From the NCBI GenBank assembly GCA_965222225.1, contig CBDCTK010000002.1, positions 3,200,001 through 3,264,000 on the forward strand: a DNA stretch of 64,000 nucleotides, given 5' to 3'. How positions within the stretch are numbered: the stretch's first letter is position 1; each line of letters starts with the position of its first letter. Positions 30,380 to 39,593 of this stretch are shown here, piece after piece. The stretch is from Candidatus Poribacteria bacterium (GTDB lineage Bacteria; Poribacteria; WGA-4E; JAJDTR01). The position numbers and the translations under genes are program-made. The notes beneath the pieces are model-generated. The model made no database searches. It saw only the letters and a program-made list of their open reading frames with translations, and was not told the origin of the DNA.

Positions 30380-31470
30380 TTATTGTTTTATAGCCCCCCA
30401 CGTTGTAGCGGCTTTGGCGTAGGGGTTGACGACGGGAATCGAGGCGCGGAAGATGCCCCCGATGCTGTGTGGGAGGTAGAATCCTTGTTCTTCGTCCAGG
30501 GCGTAGAAAGTACGGCTAGCGGTGGCGTAAAGCCGGTCTTGATGGGATATCAGCTGACCGACACCGAACTCCGGCAGGCCGGCGGGAAACCAGGTTTCGT
30601 AGCGGTCGTCAAACACCCAGATTCCCTTTTTCCGAAGCCCGGCGAAGATACGGCCGCGATGGACGGCGAGGGCCGAGATCCTCGGCTCGTGCGGCAGTCC
30701 GGCGCTAAGATCGTCCCACGCGAGTTCGCCTTCGTCCCAGCGCCCAAAGGCGTATGCGGCGCCGACGTATAAGCGATCGTCATGCGCCAGCCAATCGCCC
30801 GGCGCTCCGTAATCGGTGAGGGCACGGCGGTGGCCGCCCCAAATTGGCATCAGTTCCCATGTGTCGCCCAGGTGGGGGTACGGTATAGGTCGGGGAAACC
30901 GACAAAGGCGGAGGCCCAGAGGTAGCCGTCGAACTCGGTCATCGTATGGCTACGAAAAGCGATGTGAGTTGACACATGCGGGCCGACGTGCACCCACTCC
31001 TCGTACGGGTAGTGCCAGGTCTCGCCTCGATCGCGGGATATGTGTGTGCCGGAGTGGTAGCCCACGGCGACGACCATACGGGATTCCGTGACGAGTATTT
31101 GGTTAATATAGGGGTGGTAGATGGGGCCGTCTATGCGATCCTCCTTATCAAGCCTGGTCAGACCGGCGTTTTTTGGAGCCCATGTCTCGCCGCAGTCATC
31201 GGATCGAAACATCCCGAATTCGGTGCCGGTATAGGCGTACACGGCATCGTCGCCGATTCCAAGGCAGTACACGCGGTGCGTCATGCCGGTCGGGCGCCAG
31301 GTGTCGCCGTCATCGTCGGAGATGTAGAGTCCGGTCCGGTCGGCGGCGTAGAGGCGTTCGCCGTCGCTTTCAAGCAGCGCCGCATCAATGTTGGGCAGGA
31401 ACTCCCAGTCGGCGCGGGCGCAGGCGGTCATGAGCAGGGCGATGGCGAGAATTGGGTATAGTGTTTTCAT
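30380..31470 (-). pseudogene. Secreted BNR/Asp-box beta-propeller protein with one frameshift near 30874
   Basis: Signal peptide MKTLYPILAIALL; Asp-boxes SDDDGDTW, SDDCGETW, SRDRGETW; adding one base gives LGDTWELMPIW... ending VNPYAKAATTWGAIKQ. Confidence 0.7.
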
Positions 31471-31773
31471 TTTATCCTTTCGGCGCGGATATTCGCATCC
31501 GATTCGTTCGCTAACATAGTCATCGTTACTACGAAAATGAAAGCGGTTCGCATTAAACGTCGAGTCCACATCATCGGAACGTCTCCCTTGGAGCTGATGG
31601 TTATCGGATTGATTGCGTTATTGGAGTGTATGCAAGTTATGCGCCACTATCTATCACGCGCCAAGGCTGTCCTAGTCCATAAGTTACCCTGAATTGGCAC
31701 GATCCCACGAATTGCATCAAACTCGCCCCCCGATGTGTCATGGAAACTCAATGGCGTTTCGTGATTTCGTGTA

Positions 31774-31872
31774 TAACAAGTGAACGACAATGTTCATATT
31801 ATGTACAAGGGGGCGTTGGCAGTTCTCGCTACAGTGCCTGGGTGCTACAAATCTGGTAGAGCACCAGTGCTG
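31774..31872. repeat. ~100 bp dispersed repeat, copy 2
   Basis: Direct-orientation match to 25566..25665 with scattered substitutions. Confidence 0.8.
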
Positions 31873-31902
31873 GCTTAACTAGCGGTAGGTTCGGCTGAAA
31901 AT

Positions 31903-31961
31903 GGATCTCTATGGGATTTCTATCAGGATTTGCTATCGCATTCGCTGTTCGCTCATTTGAT
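31903..31961 (-). mobile_element. Micro-element followed by two orphan 3' ends
   Basis: Minus strand G[ATCAA AT GA GC GAACA GC GA AT GCGATAG CAAATCC]TGATAGAAATCC CATAGAGATCC. Confidence 0.7.
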
Positions 31962-31980
31962 CGCCACGGGCGCTCTTAAA

Positions 31981-32042
31981 GGCTGGTGTGATCTCTATCG
32001 CGCTCATTATTCATTTGCTTATGATCGCAGTGCGCACCCTAC
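31981..32042 (-). repeat. GTAG REP palindrome interrupted by a 37-nt micro-element (31989..32025)
   Basis: Removing 31989..32025 restores GTAG GGTGCGCA C TGCGCACC AGCC, the same family as 2093..2118. Confidence 0.8.
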
Positions 32043-32145
32043 GAATGTACAGATCCAAGCTAACTGCGTAAATCCTATAAGTGAAATTCTTAATTGAAAT
32101 GGCCATAACCACGAACCACCAGTCACTGACCACTGTCTTTTCGAG

Positions 32146-33417
32146 CTACAGTTGAGCGCGTTTTACACCGTGCGTGAGCCTTCCGGTGGTGCCGTAAAAC
32201 GGATCGTCCTTATCCAAGGGCAGCGTCACCGGCTGGCGCTCCTCGGCAGATTTGTATATCGCTCGCACTACCTCCACATGGTGGCGCGGCACATCGATCG
32301 GCACGAGCGGCTCCGTGTTATCAGCAATGCTTTCCAAGAAGAGTCGGCTCTGATAGGCTTCGGTCGCGGTTTCCGGGACACCCTCCACCTCCGACCTTAG
32401 GTTTTCCAACGCCTCTACCACAGCCGGATTGTCGCTCGATCCGAACGTGGTCTCTGCCCGCCAATAGTTGCTCCTCCCCAATCCCGTGTTATGCGGAGGA
32501 GAGTAATAGGCTTCACCAACCAACATAGAGGCGTCGTAACCCAATACTTCGATGCGCCCTTCCGGTGTCAGCGGCTGTTTGTGGTTTAGCAGAGACGCAT
32601 GGATGCTGCCGGTTGCGCCGTTGTCGAACTTGACGACTGCCTGACTTAGGCTCTCGTGTTCAATCTCGCGCAGCGTAGGTCCCGAATAAGCAAAGATTTC
32701 CACGATTCGCGAACCGAGTACCCACAAGAACGGATCGATAATGTATCGGCCGTGATGGAACGAGGCTCCGCCTCCCTCACCATCCCATGTGCCGTGCCAG
32801 CGCTTGTAGTATCGTTGTGGACGATACCAGTTCAGTTCTACGCGAGCGCTGCCGATTTTGCCGAGTTTCCCGCTTTCCGCAACTTTACGCGCCAGAACCA
32901 TCCCCCGCGGGTAGCGAGCGCCGCACTGGGAATGAAATTTGACTCCCGTTTTCCGAATGGCTGCTGTCATGGCATCAGCCTGCGCCACGCTGCACGCCAT
33001 AGGGCCCTGAGTGAAGACATGGCGCCCCGTTTCAGCCGCGGCAACCGTCGGTTCCTGCCGTATCGGGGGCGGCGTGAGCAGCACTATTGCCTGCACGTCA
33101 CTATCCTTGAGCAACTCTTCATGAGTGCGATACTTCCGAATCTTTGTCCTAGCGGCGGTTTCAGCCGCTTCCACCATTTGTTGCCGACGCTCGCGTTCCT
33201 CAGGGGTGCGCGCCTCCGAAAGCATCATTCGCGCACGATGGGCTTCCATGGCATACCCCTCGCTGAGCGTAGTTCGCTTCCTTTCAGCCAGTTCATCTAC
33301 GAAATCTGCGACCGCTACCACCTGCGCGATGTCTACCAGACTTGCATAGATGTCCGCGTACAGCCGCGAGATTCCTCCGCATCCGACAAACCCGACGCGA
33401 ATTCGTTCATCTGTCAT
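32146..33417 (-). CDS. Gfo/Idh/MocA family oxidoreductase
   Basis: RVGFVGCGGI Rossmann motif, GRHVFTQGPMA, WHGTWDGEGGG, AIYKSA. Confidence 0.88.
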   Translation of the reverse strand: MTDERIRVGFVGCGGISRLYADIYASLVDIAQVVAVADFVDELAERKRTTLSEGYAMEAHRARMMLSEARTPEERERRQQMVEAAETAARTKIRKYRTHEELLKDSDVQAIVLLTPPPIRQEPTVAAAETGRHVFTQGPMACSVAQADAMTAAIRKTGVKFHSQCGARYPRGMVLARKVAESGKLGKIGSARVELNWYRPQRYYKRWHGTWDGEGGGASFHHGRYIIDPFLWVLGSRIVEIFAYSGPTLREIEHESLSQAVVKFDNGATGSIHASLLNHKQPLTPEGRIEVLGYDASMLVGEAYYSPPHNTGLGRSNYWRAETTFGSSDNPAVVEALENLRSEVEGVPETATEAYQSRLFLESIADNTEPLVPIDVPRHHVEVVRAIYKSAEERQPVTLPLDKDDPFYGTTGRLTHGVKRAQL

Positions 33418-33514
33418 ATCGATTTCTCCTATTTTCCGGTAAAAGTAACGGGCAATGAATGGGATAAGATGGGATTTTCAAAATGTATAGCAACGCCGAT
33501 CGCATGCACACTAA

Positions 33515-33735
33515 AGTCCCAGCGGGGCGACACTTGGATAGCGACCAAATCAAAAATATCAGCTGTGTGGTTGTTGTAGCATTTTCTGTTGAATTCTGAG
33601 GAGTTCGGATTGCCTATCATTCATAATTTTTCCTTGTTTGAACGATGCATTGAGACACGATCCACCTGTCGCCCCTCCGGGGCTTGGGGATGAGAACATT
33701 CGCTGTTTCTATACACCTGTCGCGCCGCTGGCGCT
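33515..33735. repeat. Three copies of a second REP-like hairpin family
   Basis: cacctgtc-gcccc-tcc-ggggc-t (33663..33684), ctatacacctgtc-gcgcc-gct-ggcgc-t (33709..33735), and an inverted copy at 33515..33541. Confidence 0.65.
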
Positions 33736-33828
33736 GTACGGTGCGAAACCTATAAAGCCAACAACATCTGCATGGTTACTTTCATCCTGAGGAGATCGAA
33801 GGATTTTAGATGCGATTGCCCTGCTGCT

Positions 33829-35760
33829 CTACGGGAATAATGTATACATATTCTTGCTAAGGATCACGGCAATTAGGCTCCACAGACTGCCAGCGAGAAA
33901 TTGACCGAAGATTAAGCCGAGGAAGAAGGGCAATGCGCGGCGATAGGATTTGACCCCGCCGCCGGCAAACAACAGCTGCTTGAACAACCAACCGAGAAAG
34001 ATAGAAAACCACAACCAACCCATCGCCCAACCGTCACCCACTGCGTATCCCACGGGGTAAAAGGGCCACCACAGGAATCCTTTTTTGAGTATGGTCAGGA
34101 TAATCGTAAATACAAACCCGAAGGTCATGTGCTGAATTGAAGCGATGTCCGTCGTTTGGGGAAATGCAATCCAGTTTTGAAGACGCCCAAACTCGCCGAC
34201 ACCCCAGCGTTGAAACTGATACTTGTGGTAAATGGCGACATGCGCGCCGATTGACATGATCGCGCCAACGATTGACGCCACAATCATTGCCACAACCAGG
34301 CGATTCTCACTCAATTTGAAGGACGATCCAATTTTGAATCCTTCTAACTGATGGGGCATCGGATGAGAACGATAGCCGTACGCCAACCACGACAAAAGTG
34401 TGGTGTTCGTCAAATTCGCGGCGCCGAGAGGCCTCGTCCCCATGAACCATACCATCATCTGATCCGGATGCGCGCCGTGCAACTCGTGCGTTGGGGGCCC
34501 GAGTTCCGCTCGCATTCGCGTGATTGCGGTGCAGAGCACATAATAGATAACGAAGTAGCTAATCACCACCCAAGGTGACAGACCGGCAAGAAGCCAGAAG
34601 ACCACGACGAATGTTATTCCTAGAACCAGACCGACCACGGCAAACGGGTATAAGGGGTCGGCGTCCCTGTTGGTAAACATCCCGCGTAAACCGCGCATGA
34701 TATGCCGTCTGCTCGTCCAAACAGCCATAACTCCGATGCCAATCCAAGCGCCTGCCCGTTGTTGTGTCTGCATAGCTGAGGCGGTCGTCCAACCCGTCGC
34801 GTTGAAAAAGACATCTTGCGCCTGCCAAAACAGAAAGAAGAGCCATAACGACAACGACAAATCCAGGGGCATCAGATACCCGAATCCAATAGCGAAGGGG
34901 TAGACGTAAACTGGCAACACCCCCACTCCGCCCCAACCGATGGTGTTCCACGGTTTCTCGGTAAACTGAATAATATACTTCGCTTTCAGAGCAGGAACAA
35001 TGGGATAGAGAAAATTGAAGCCGGCAAGGATCTCTAGCGTAAAAGCAAGCCCAAAACTAATCCAGATAAATTTGTTGGAGAACAGTCTTGACGTGTTGCC
35101 GATGACTTCAACGGGCATCACCGTCAGCGGATAACTCAGTTTTTCATGCTCTATCCACTGCTTCCTGATGATTATGTTCATGCAGAGCATCACGAAAAGC
35201 AGCACTATTACGAGCGCGGTCCACGCTAGCACTGGCGTCAGCCACGCATTGAGATAATCGGCAGTCCAAAAACTCTCAAACGCGCTCTTGTCGCCCTCGA
35301 AATAACCTTGCAAGATACGTCGATTCTCGACGGCAAGCCATGTTGGAATGAATCGAAAAAAAAGATCTTCCCACTCATTCTCCGGAGTTGCGTACCAGAA
35401 GGGATTCGCCATCAACGGTACCAACTGCCGGATGATGTCGTGCCCGGCAAGCGCCGTCGCAACGGAAACCATGATGTAGGTCATCGCTAGTTCGGCTTCG
35501 CTCAGCGCCAGACCTTTGAAAAAGCGCTTTAACAGCAGATTGACGCCCGCCAAACTGAATAGCGTAAAAAGCACCGTGGGAAAGATGGAAAAGTCCGTTA
35601 GCTCATAGACAACTCGATTCTCTGCGGATATAATCCAGTAACAGTTGAGGATGATTAGGATAGATCCGAAAATAAGCGTCCGGACGATGAAGCGGCCCGT
35701 TGTGCTCGTATCCGCATGAGTTAAAGTGTCTTTTCCCTGTCTCATAGTATCTATTTGCAA
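33829..35760 (-). CDS. Polytopic membrane protein, DUF6785/DUF6784-like, paralogue of 23381..25294
   Basis: WIEHEKLSYPL, RMRAELG, PMPHQLEG, WWPFYPVGY, YRRALPFFLGLIFG; start may be ATG 35745. Confidence 0.75.
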   Translation of the reverse strand: MQIDTMRQGKDTLTHADTSTTGRFIVRTLIFGSILIILNCYWIISAENRVVYELTDFSIFPTVLFTLFSLAGVNLLLKRFFKGLALSEAELAMTYIMVSVATALAGHDIIRQLVPLMANPFWYATPENEWEDLFFRFIPTWLAVENRRILQGYFEGDKSAFESFWTADYLNAWLTPVLAWTALVIVLLFVMLCMNIIIRKQWIEHEKLSYPLTVMPVEVIGNTSRLFSNKFIWISFGLAFTLEILAGFNFLYPIVPALKAKYIIQFTEKPWNTIGWGGVGVLPVYVYPFAIGFGYLMPLDLSLSLWLFFLFWQAQDVFFNATGWTTASAMQTQQRAGAWIGIGVMAVWTSRRHIMRGLRGMFTNRDADPLYPFAVVGLVLGITFVVVFWLLAGLSPWVVISYFVIYYVLCTAITRMRAELGPPTHELHGAHPDQMMVWFMGTRPLGAANLTNTTLLSWLAYGYRSHPMPHQLEGFKIGSSFKLSENRLVVAMIVASIVGAIMSIGAHVAIYHKYQFQRWGVGEFGRLQNWIAFPQTTDIASIQHMTFGFVFTIILTILKKGFLWWPFYPVGYAVGDGWAMGWLWFSIFLGWLFKQLLFAGGGVKSYRRALPFFLGLIFGQFLAGSLWSLIAVILSKNMYTLFP

Positions 35761-35876
35761 GCGTTGAGGGCAGTGTCAGTGATTTCGATCCGAGGTGTTT
35801 ATGGCAGGCAGATGAGGGGAGTTGCAAGCACAAGCAGCTTGTAAACACTCCACTGACCACTAATCACTCTGCAGTA

Positions 35877-37460
35877 TTACTGATCATTACCCATTCTCTC
35901 GGACCAATCACGCCATGCACTTGCCATCTGATCCATGATCTCTGGATGCTTCCGCCCCAAGTCCTTCGATTCTGTGCGGTCTGTTTCGAGGTCGTAGAGC
36001 TCCCAATTTCTCATGTCCCCGAGATTGCCGCGTCCAATGCTTTTCCAGTTTCCGTGCCGTACCGCTCTGTTGCCGCGGTGCTCCCAGAACAGCCAGTCAT
36101 GCCCTTCTCGATGATTGCCTTGGAGAATGGGTATGAGGCACTTTCCCGCACAGGGAGTGAGTTCTCGTCCGTTGTACTCCCTAGAATACTCAATGCCAGC
36201 TGCCTCGCAGAGCGTGGGTAGGATGTCCATTGCGTGTCCAAATTCGTGGGTAATGGCTCCCCCGCCACTGGTGACACCGGGCCAACGAACGACAAGCGGT
36301 GAGGCGATACCGCCTTCGTACAAACTGCCCTTGAAACCGCGCAACGGGGTGTTGTGCAGAGAACCCCACCCGGGTCCAGGCGAGCAGTAGGTGCCAATTC
36401 CGCCGGGGATAATATCCGGTCTATCGCGTTCCTCATTCTCGTACCCATCGCCGCCGTTATCCGACAAAAAGAGGACAATGGTATTCCGGTCCGCGCCGCA
36501 ATCCCCGAGAGCCTGTAGAATGCGTCCAATCCCCTGATCCATGCAGTCAATCATGCCCGCGTAGATCGTCATGCGTAAATCCTGCCACTCCTTATGTTCC
36601 TCGTTAGCCCATGAAGGAAGATTCGGAACACGATCCGGCAACCGAATTTCCGGGTTCAACAATCCCATGCTGAGTTGCCGTTCGTAGCGATTCCTTCGCA
36701 GTTCCTCCCATCCCGCCATGAATTTTCCGCGATACTTTTCGACATCTTCCCGTTTTGCTTGGAGCGGGCTATGCGGCGTCAAATGGGCAACGTAGGCGAA
36801 AAACGGATCTCCCTGTTTGCTGAAACGCTTGATTGTTTCAACCGCATGATCGTTAATCGCATCGGTGAGATAATAATCCTCGGGAAACTCTGACACAACT
36901 TCCTCATTGTGCATAACCGGAGGTCGAAAGCCTACGAATTTAAGATCGCGCAACGCCGGATTGAAATAGTTCGATGGAATATCGGCAAAGCCGTAATACT
37001 CGTCAAAACCCCAGTCTAACGGACTGCCCTGCACCGGCACATTCCATTTTCCGCTGATGGCGGTACGATAACCCGCCGAACGCAGGAGTTGCGCGACAGT
37101 GACTAGATTCGGAGATAATCGAGTGTTTCGCTCATCCACGTAACAATATAACCCGGTCATTAGCGAGGCGCGAGAGGGAACGCAGACCGGATTAACGCAG
37201 AACTGGCTGAAACGCAAACCTTCGGCAGCCAGCCGATCCAGGTGCGGCGTTTCGATTTCGCCCCCGTAACAGCCCGCATCCGACCAGCCCATGTCGTCCG
37301 CCATAATCAGAACGATGTTCGGCTTATCCGTCTCTGCCGCAGCCCCGTTCTTTCCTCCATTGGAAGCGGCATTAACGGCAAATGGTGCGAACGCCGATGC
37401 CGTAGCTGCACCCCCGGCCAGCCTTAGCAATTCTCGTCGAGTCAGTTTATTCCCCGCCAT
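35877..37460 (-). CDS. Tat-exported arylsulfatase
   Basis: TRRELL twin-arginine signal, PNIVLIMADDMG, CVPSRASLMTG (CxPxR), SDNG, ELYDL. Confidence 0.92.
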   Translation of the reverse strand: MAGNKLTRRELLRLAGGAATASAFAPFAVNAASNGGKNGAAAETDKPNIVLIMADDMGWSDAGCYGGEIETPHLDRLAAEGLRFSQFCVNPVCVPSRASLMTGLYCYVDERNTRLSPNLVTVAQLLRSAGYRTAISGKWNVPVQGSPLDWGFDEYYGFADIPSNYFNPALRDLKFVGFRPPVMHNEEVVSEFPEDYYLTDAINDHAVETIKRFSKQGDPFFAYVAHLTPHSPLQAKREDVEKYRGKFMAGWEELRRNRYERQLSMGLLNPEIRLPDRVPNLPSWANEEHKEWQDLRMTIYAGMIDCMDQGIGRILQALGDCGADRNTIVLFLSDNGGDGYENEERDRPDIIPGGIGTYCSPGPGWGSLHNTPLRGFKGSLYEGGIASPLVVRWPGVTSGGGAITHEFGHAMDILPTLCEAAGIEYSREYNGRELTPCAGKCLIPILQGNHREGHDWLFWEHRGNRAVRHGNWKSIGRGNLGDMRNWELYDLETDRTESKDLGRKHPEIMDQMASAWRDWSERMGNDQ

Positions 37461-37550
37461 TCTATTCTCGCCCATTTCCTCACATTGAGATCCTGTTTGA
37501 AAACTAGATGGAAAAGTCATTTAGGGCATTTGGAGTGATAGTACCTGCGA

Positions 37551-37698
37551 GAGTTCTATCGATCAACCGAGTGAATAGCGAGGGCGATAGCAAATCCTGC
37601 TCATTTGATCTATTCGCTCGGTTGAGGGATCTCTATCGGAATTTGCTATCGCGTTCCCTATTCGGTCACTTGATCCCTCCTTATTCAGTCGGTTGATC
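37551..37698. mobile_element. Composite of at least five micro-element copies in both orientations
   Basis: Plus-strand unit 37562..37597; minus-strand nest G ATCAA CC GA CT GAATA AG GA GG G[ATCAA GT GA CC GAATA GG GA AC GCGATAG CAAATTC]CGATAG AGATCC; additional half units. Confidence 0.8.
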
Positions 37699-39559
37699 CC
37701 ACGGTATCGACAAAGCTTGTATACCCGGGCCCACCGGCGCCCACATAGCCATGACTCGCGCCGGATTCGTCCGGGCTTACCCAAAACGAATAGAGCTCCC
37801 CCAGCCTCAGATGAAAGCGAAATTTAACGGGTTCACCCGCCACGCTTGATAGGTCGGCTCCGCCTTTCCACTCCACCCGATGCGATGTTCTGTTGGCCGT
37901 GAGAGGCACACAGTTATCCACTGTGAACGGCTCAACGACGTTGCCATCCTCATCAAGTACCTCCACCCGCAGTTCACCTTGATCGCAGTCCGTGTTCGCA
38001 AACAAGTACTTACCGGAAAACTTGAGCGGCCTTGTCGTCAGTGTACCGGTGTTCCGGACCGAGCCCATAGAGGCGAACCCGTCGCGCCTCAAGAACGCAA
38101 GCCCCGTATTCACGAACCCGTCCCATAGCTTTCCCTTTTCCGGGAGGTTGCGCCCCGTGAAATACAGGTACAATTTATCTCCGACAACCAGACACGCACC
38201 GCTTGCCGACTGTACATTTCCCCAGTTCCATGCGCCGGGGCTTTCCGTTGCCTCAAAAAAAGGCCGGCGATCCGGGCGGTCGTAATGGAACCCGTCCCTG
38301 CTGTAACCGAGCAGCACCTCGTTCCGCTTCGGTATGTGTTTTACGTGGCACACGTCGTTATCCGGCCCCTGCCAAATCGAAAAGTACCCAAGCATTAAAC
38401 TCTCATAGGCGACCGTGTCGAAATGATACAACTGCGGCAATATTTCTGCACTATCCGGGTTCGGGTTGCGAGGATCGAGCCGGTCCGCACCCAGCCACGG
38501 AACCACCTCACCACCAGGTCTAACCTCTGCCAATTTCACGGCTTCGACAGGGGTATCCCCCTCAACGTACGCACGCGCCCGACCGGTCTCTCGTCCACTG
38601 CGTATGTTAATAATCCACTTGTCCCGGAAGGGGTTGTAGTGCGCGTTCGTGTGGTCCCCGACCACCCCTGCTGAGCTGGCTATCGGCTCAGACCAGTGTA
38701 TGCCATCGGCTGAAGTCCTGTAGGCAACAGCGGAGTCTTCACCGAGGCGCTCAGGTAAGCCTATATGCCACGTTGTGTAGAAAATCTTGTATCGGGCTAA
38801 CCGGTCGCTGGTGTCGTAGTCAATCCAAACGCTTGTGGTATCAATCGGTCGTATGTGCTTCTTTTCTGGCCACTGCGGCGGTATCGGCGGCAACTCCACC
38901 CCGTGGTCAATCACGATGTTCGTTCCCGGCAGCACGTCCTGCTCGGTCTTCTCCCAGTGAACCCCATCCTTGGACGTTGCGTAACAACTGTACTTGATGT
39001 AACCGCCGACGTACCACATCTTGAATAGCTCGTCCTTCGGGTCGTACCAGACGCCGCCGCTGAAGGGACCGGCAAAGGGCGCGGGCCCATGATGTTCCCA
39101 CTCCCTGTCCGGCTTGATGATCGGGTTTCCCTCGTAGTAGGTTGGCTGGTGGAACGTGCGTTGCAGCGTGGTCTCCTCAATCAAGAAATCGTCCACGAAT
39201 AGTTGTCTTCCAACGTCAATGTTGATAACCTCGGGCGGATTTTCGAGATACGGGACAGGCATCGGATCCCGCGTCCATCCGCCGTAATCCGGCGGCCATT
39301 TCTCAGGCAGAACGATACCGTTGTAAAGTTCCTCGCCTGTGTCGTTCTGCTTGTCCTTCATTCTTACCTCCGATTGTCCTTCTCGCCCGGAATCTTGGTC
39401 GGTTTCCGTGACCGCAGCGAGCACTATGTGAGGACCAGATTTGCTGGAAATGTATTCTGTCGACGAACCTGATGGGGCGTTCCCGATCGCCATGGTATTC
39501 ACGAGCCAAACGCCCACAAAAGCTACCCCAAGGATTCCGTAGATTTTAATCGTTCCCAT
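37685..39559 (-). CDS. Secreted GH32/GH43-like five-bladed beta-propeller protein
   Basis: GRQLFVDDFLI, YATSKDGVHWEK, YSRDGFHYDRP, LRRDGFASM, LYSFWV; start taken at MGTIKIY. Confidence 0.75.
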   Translation of the reverse strand: MGTIKIYGILGVAFVGVWLVNTMAIGNAPSGSSTEYISSKSGPHIVLAAVTETDQDSGREGQSEVRMKDKQNDTGEELYNGIVLPEKWPPDYGGWTRDPMPVPYLENPPEVINIDVGRQLFVDDFLIEETTLQRTFHQPTYYEGNPIIKPDREWEHHGPAPFAGPFSGGVWYDPKDELFKMWYVGGYIKYSCYATSKDGVHWEKTEQDVLPGTNIVIDHGVELPPIPPQWPEKKHIRPIDTTSVWIDYDTSDRLARYKIFYTTWHIGLPERLGEDSAVAYRTSADGIHWSEPIASSAGVVGDHTNAHYNPFRDKWIINIRSGRETGRARAYVEGDTPVEAVKLAEVRPGGEVVPWLGADRLDPRNPNPDSAEILPQLYHFDTVAYESLMLGYFSIWQGPDNDVCHVKHIPKRNEVLLGYSRDGFHYDRPDRRPFFEATESPGAWNWGNVQSASGACLVVGDKLYLYFTGRNLPEKGKLWDGFVNTGLAFLRRDGFASMGSVRNTGTLTTRPLKFSGKYLFANTDCDQGELRVEVLDEDGNVVEPFTVDNCVPLTANRTSHRVEWKGGADLSSVAGEPVKFRFHLRLGELYSFWVSPDESGASHGYVGAGGPGYTSFVDTVGSTD

Positions 39560-39593
39560 ATAGCAATCTTCTTTTCTGTTTGCTTCACTTATT

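Noticed and set aside
32656-33579. 307 aa plus-strand ORF and other long antisense ORFs (e.g. 40210..41127, 17961..18692, 5..373)
   Set aside because: These are shadows of well-supported genes on the opposite strand and have no motifs of their own.
37551-37698. CRISPR array (36-nt repeats in a cluster)
   Set aside because: There are no unique spacers or regular period, the copies are nested and in mixed orientation, they vary by compensatory changes, and no cas genes are present.
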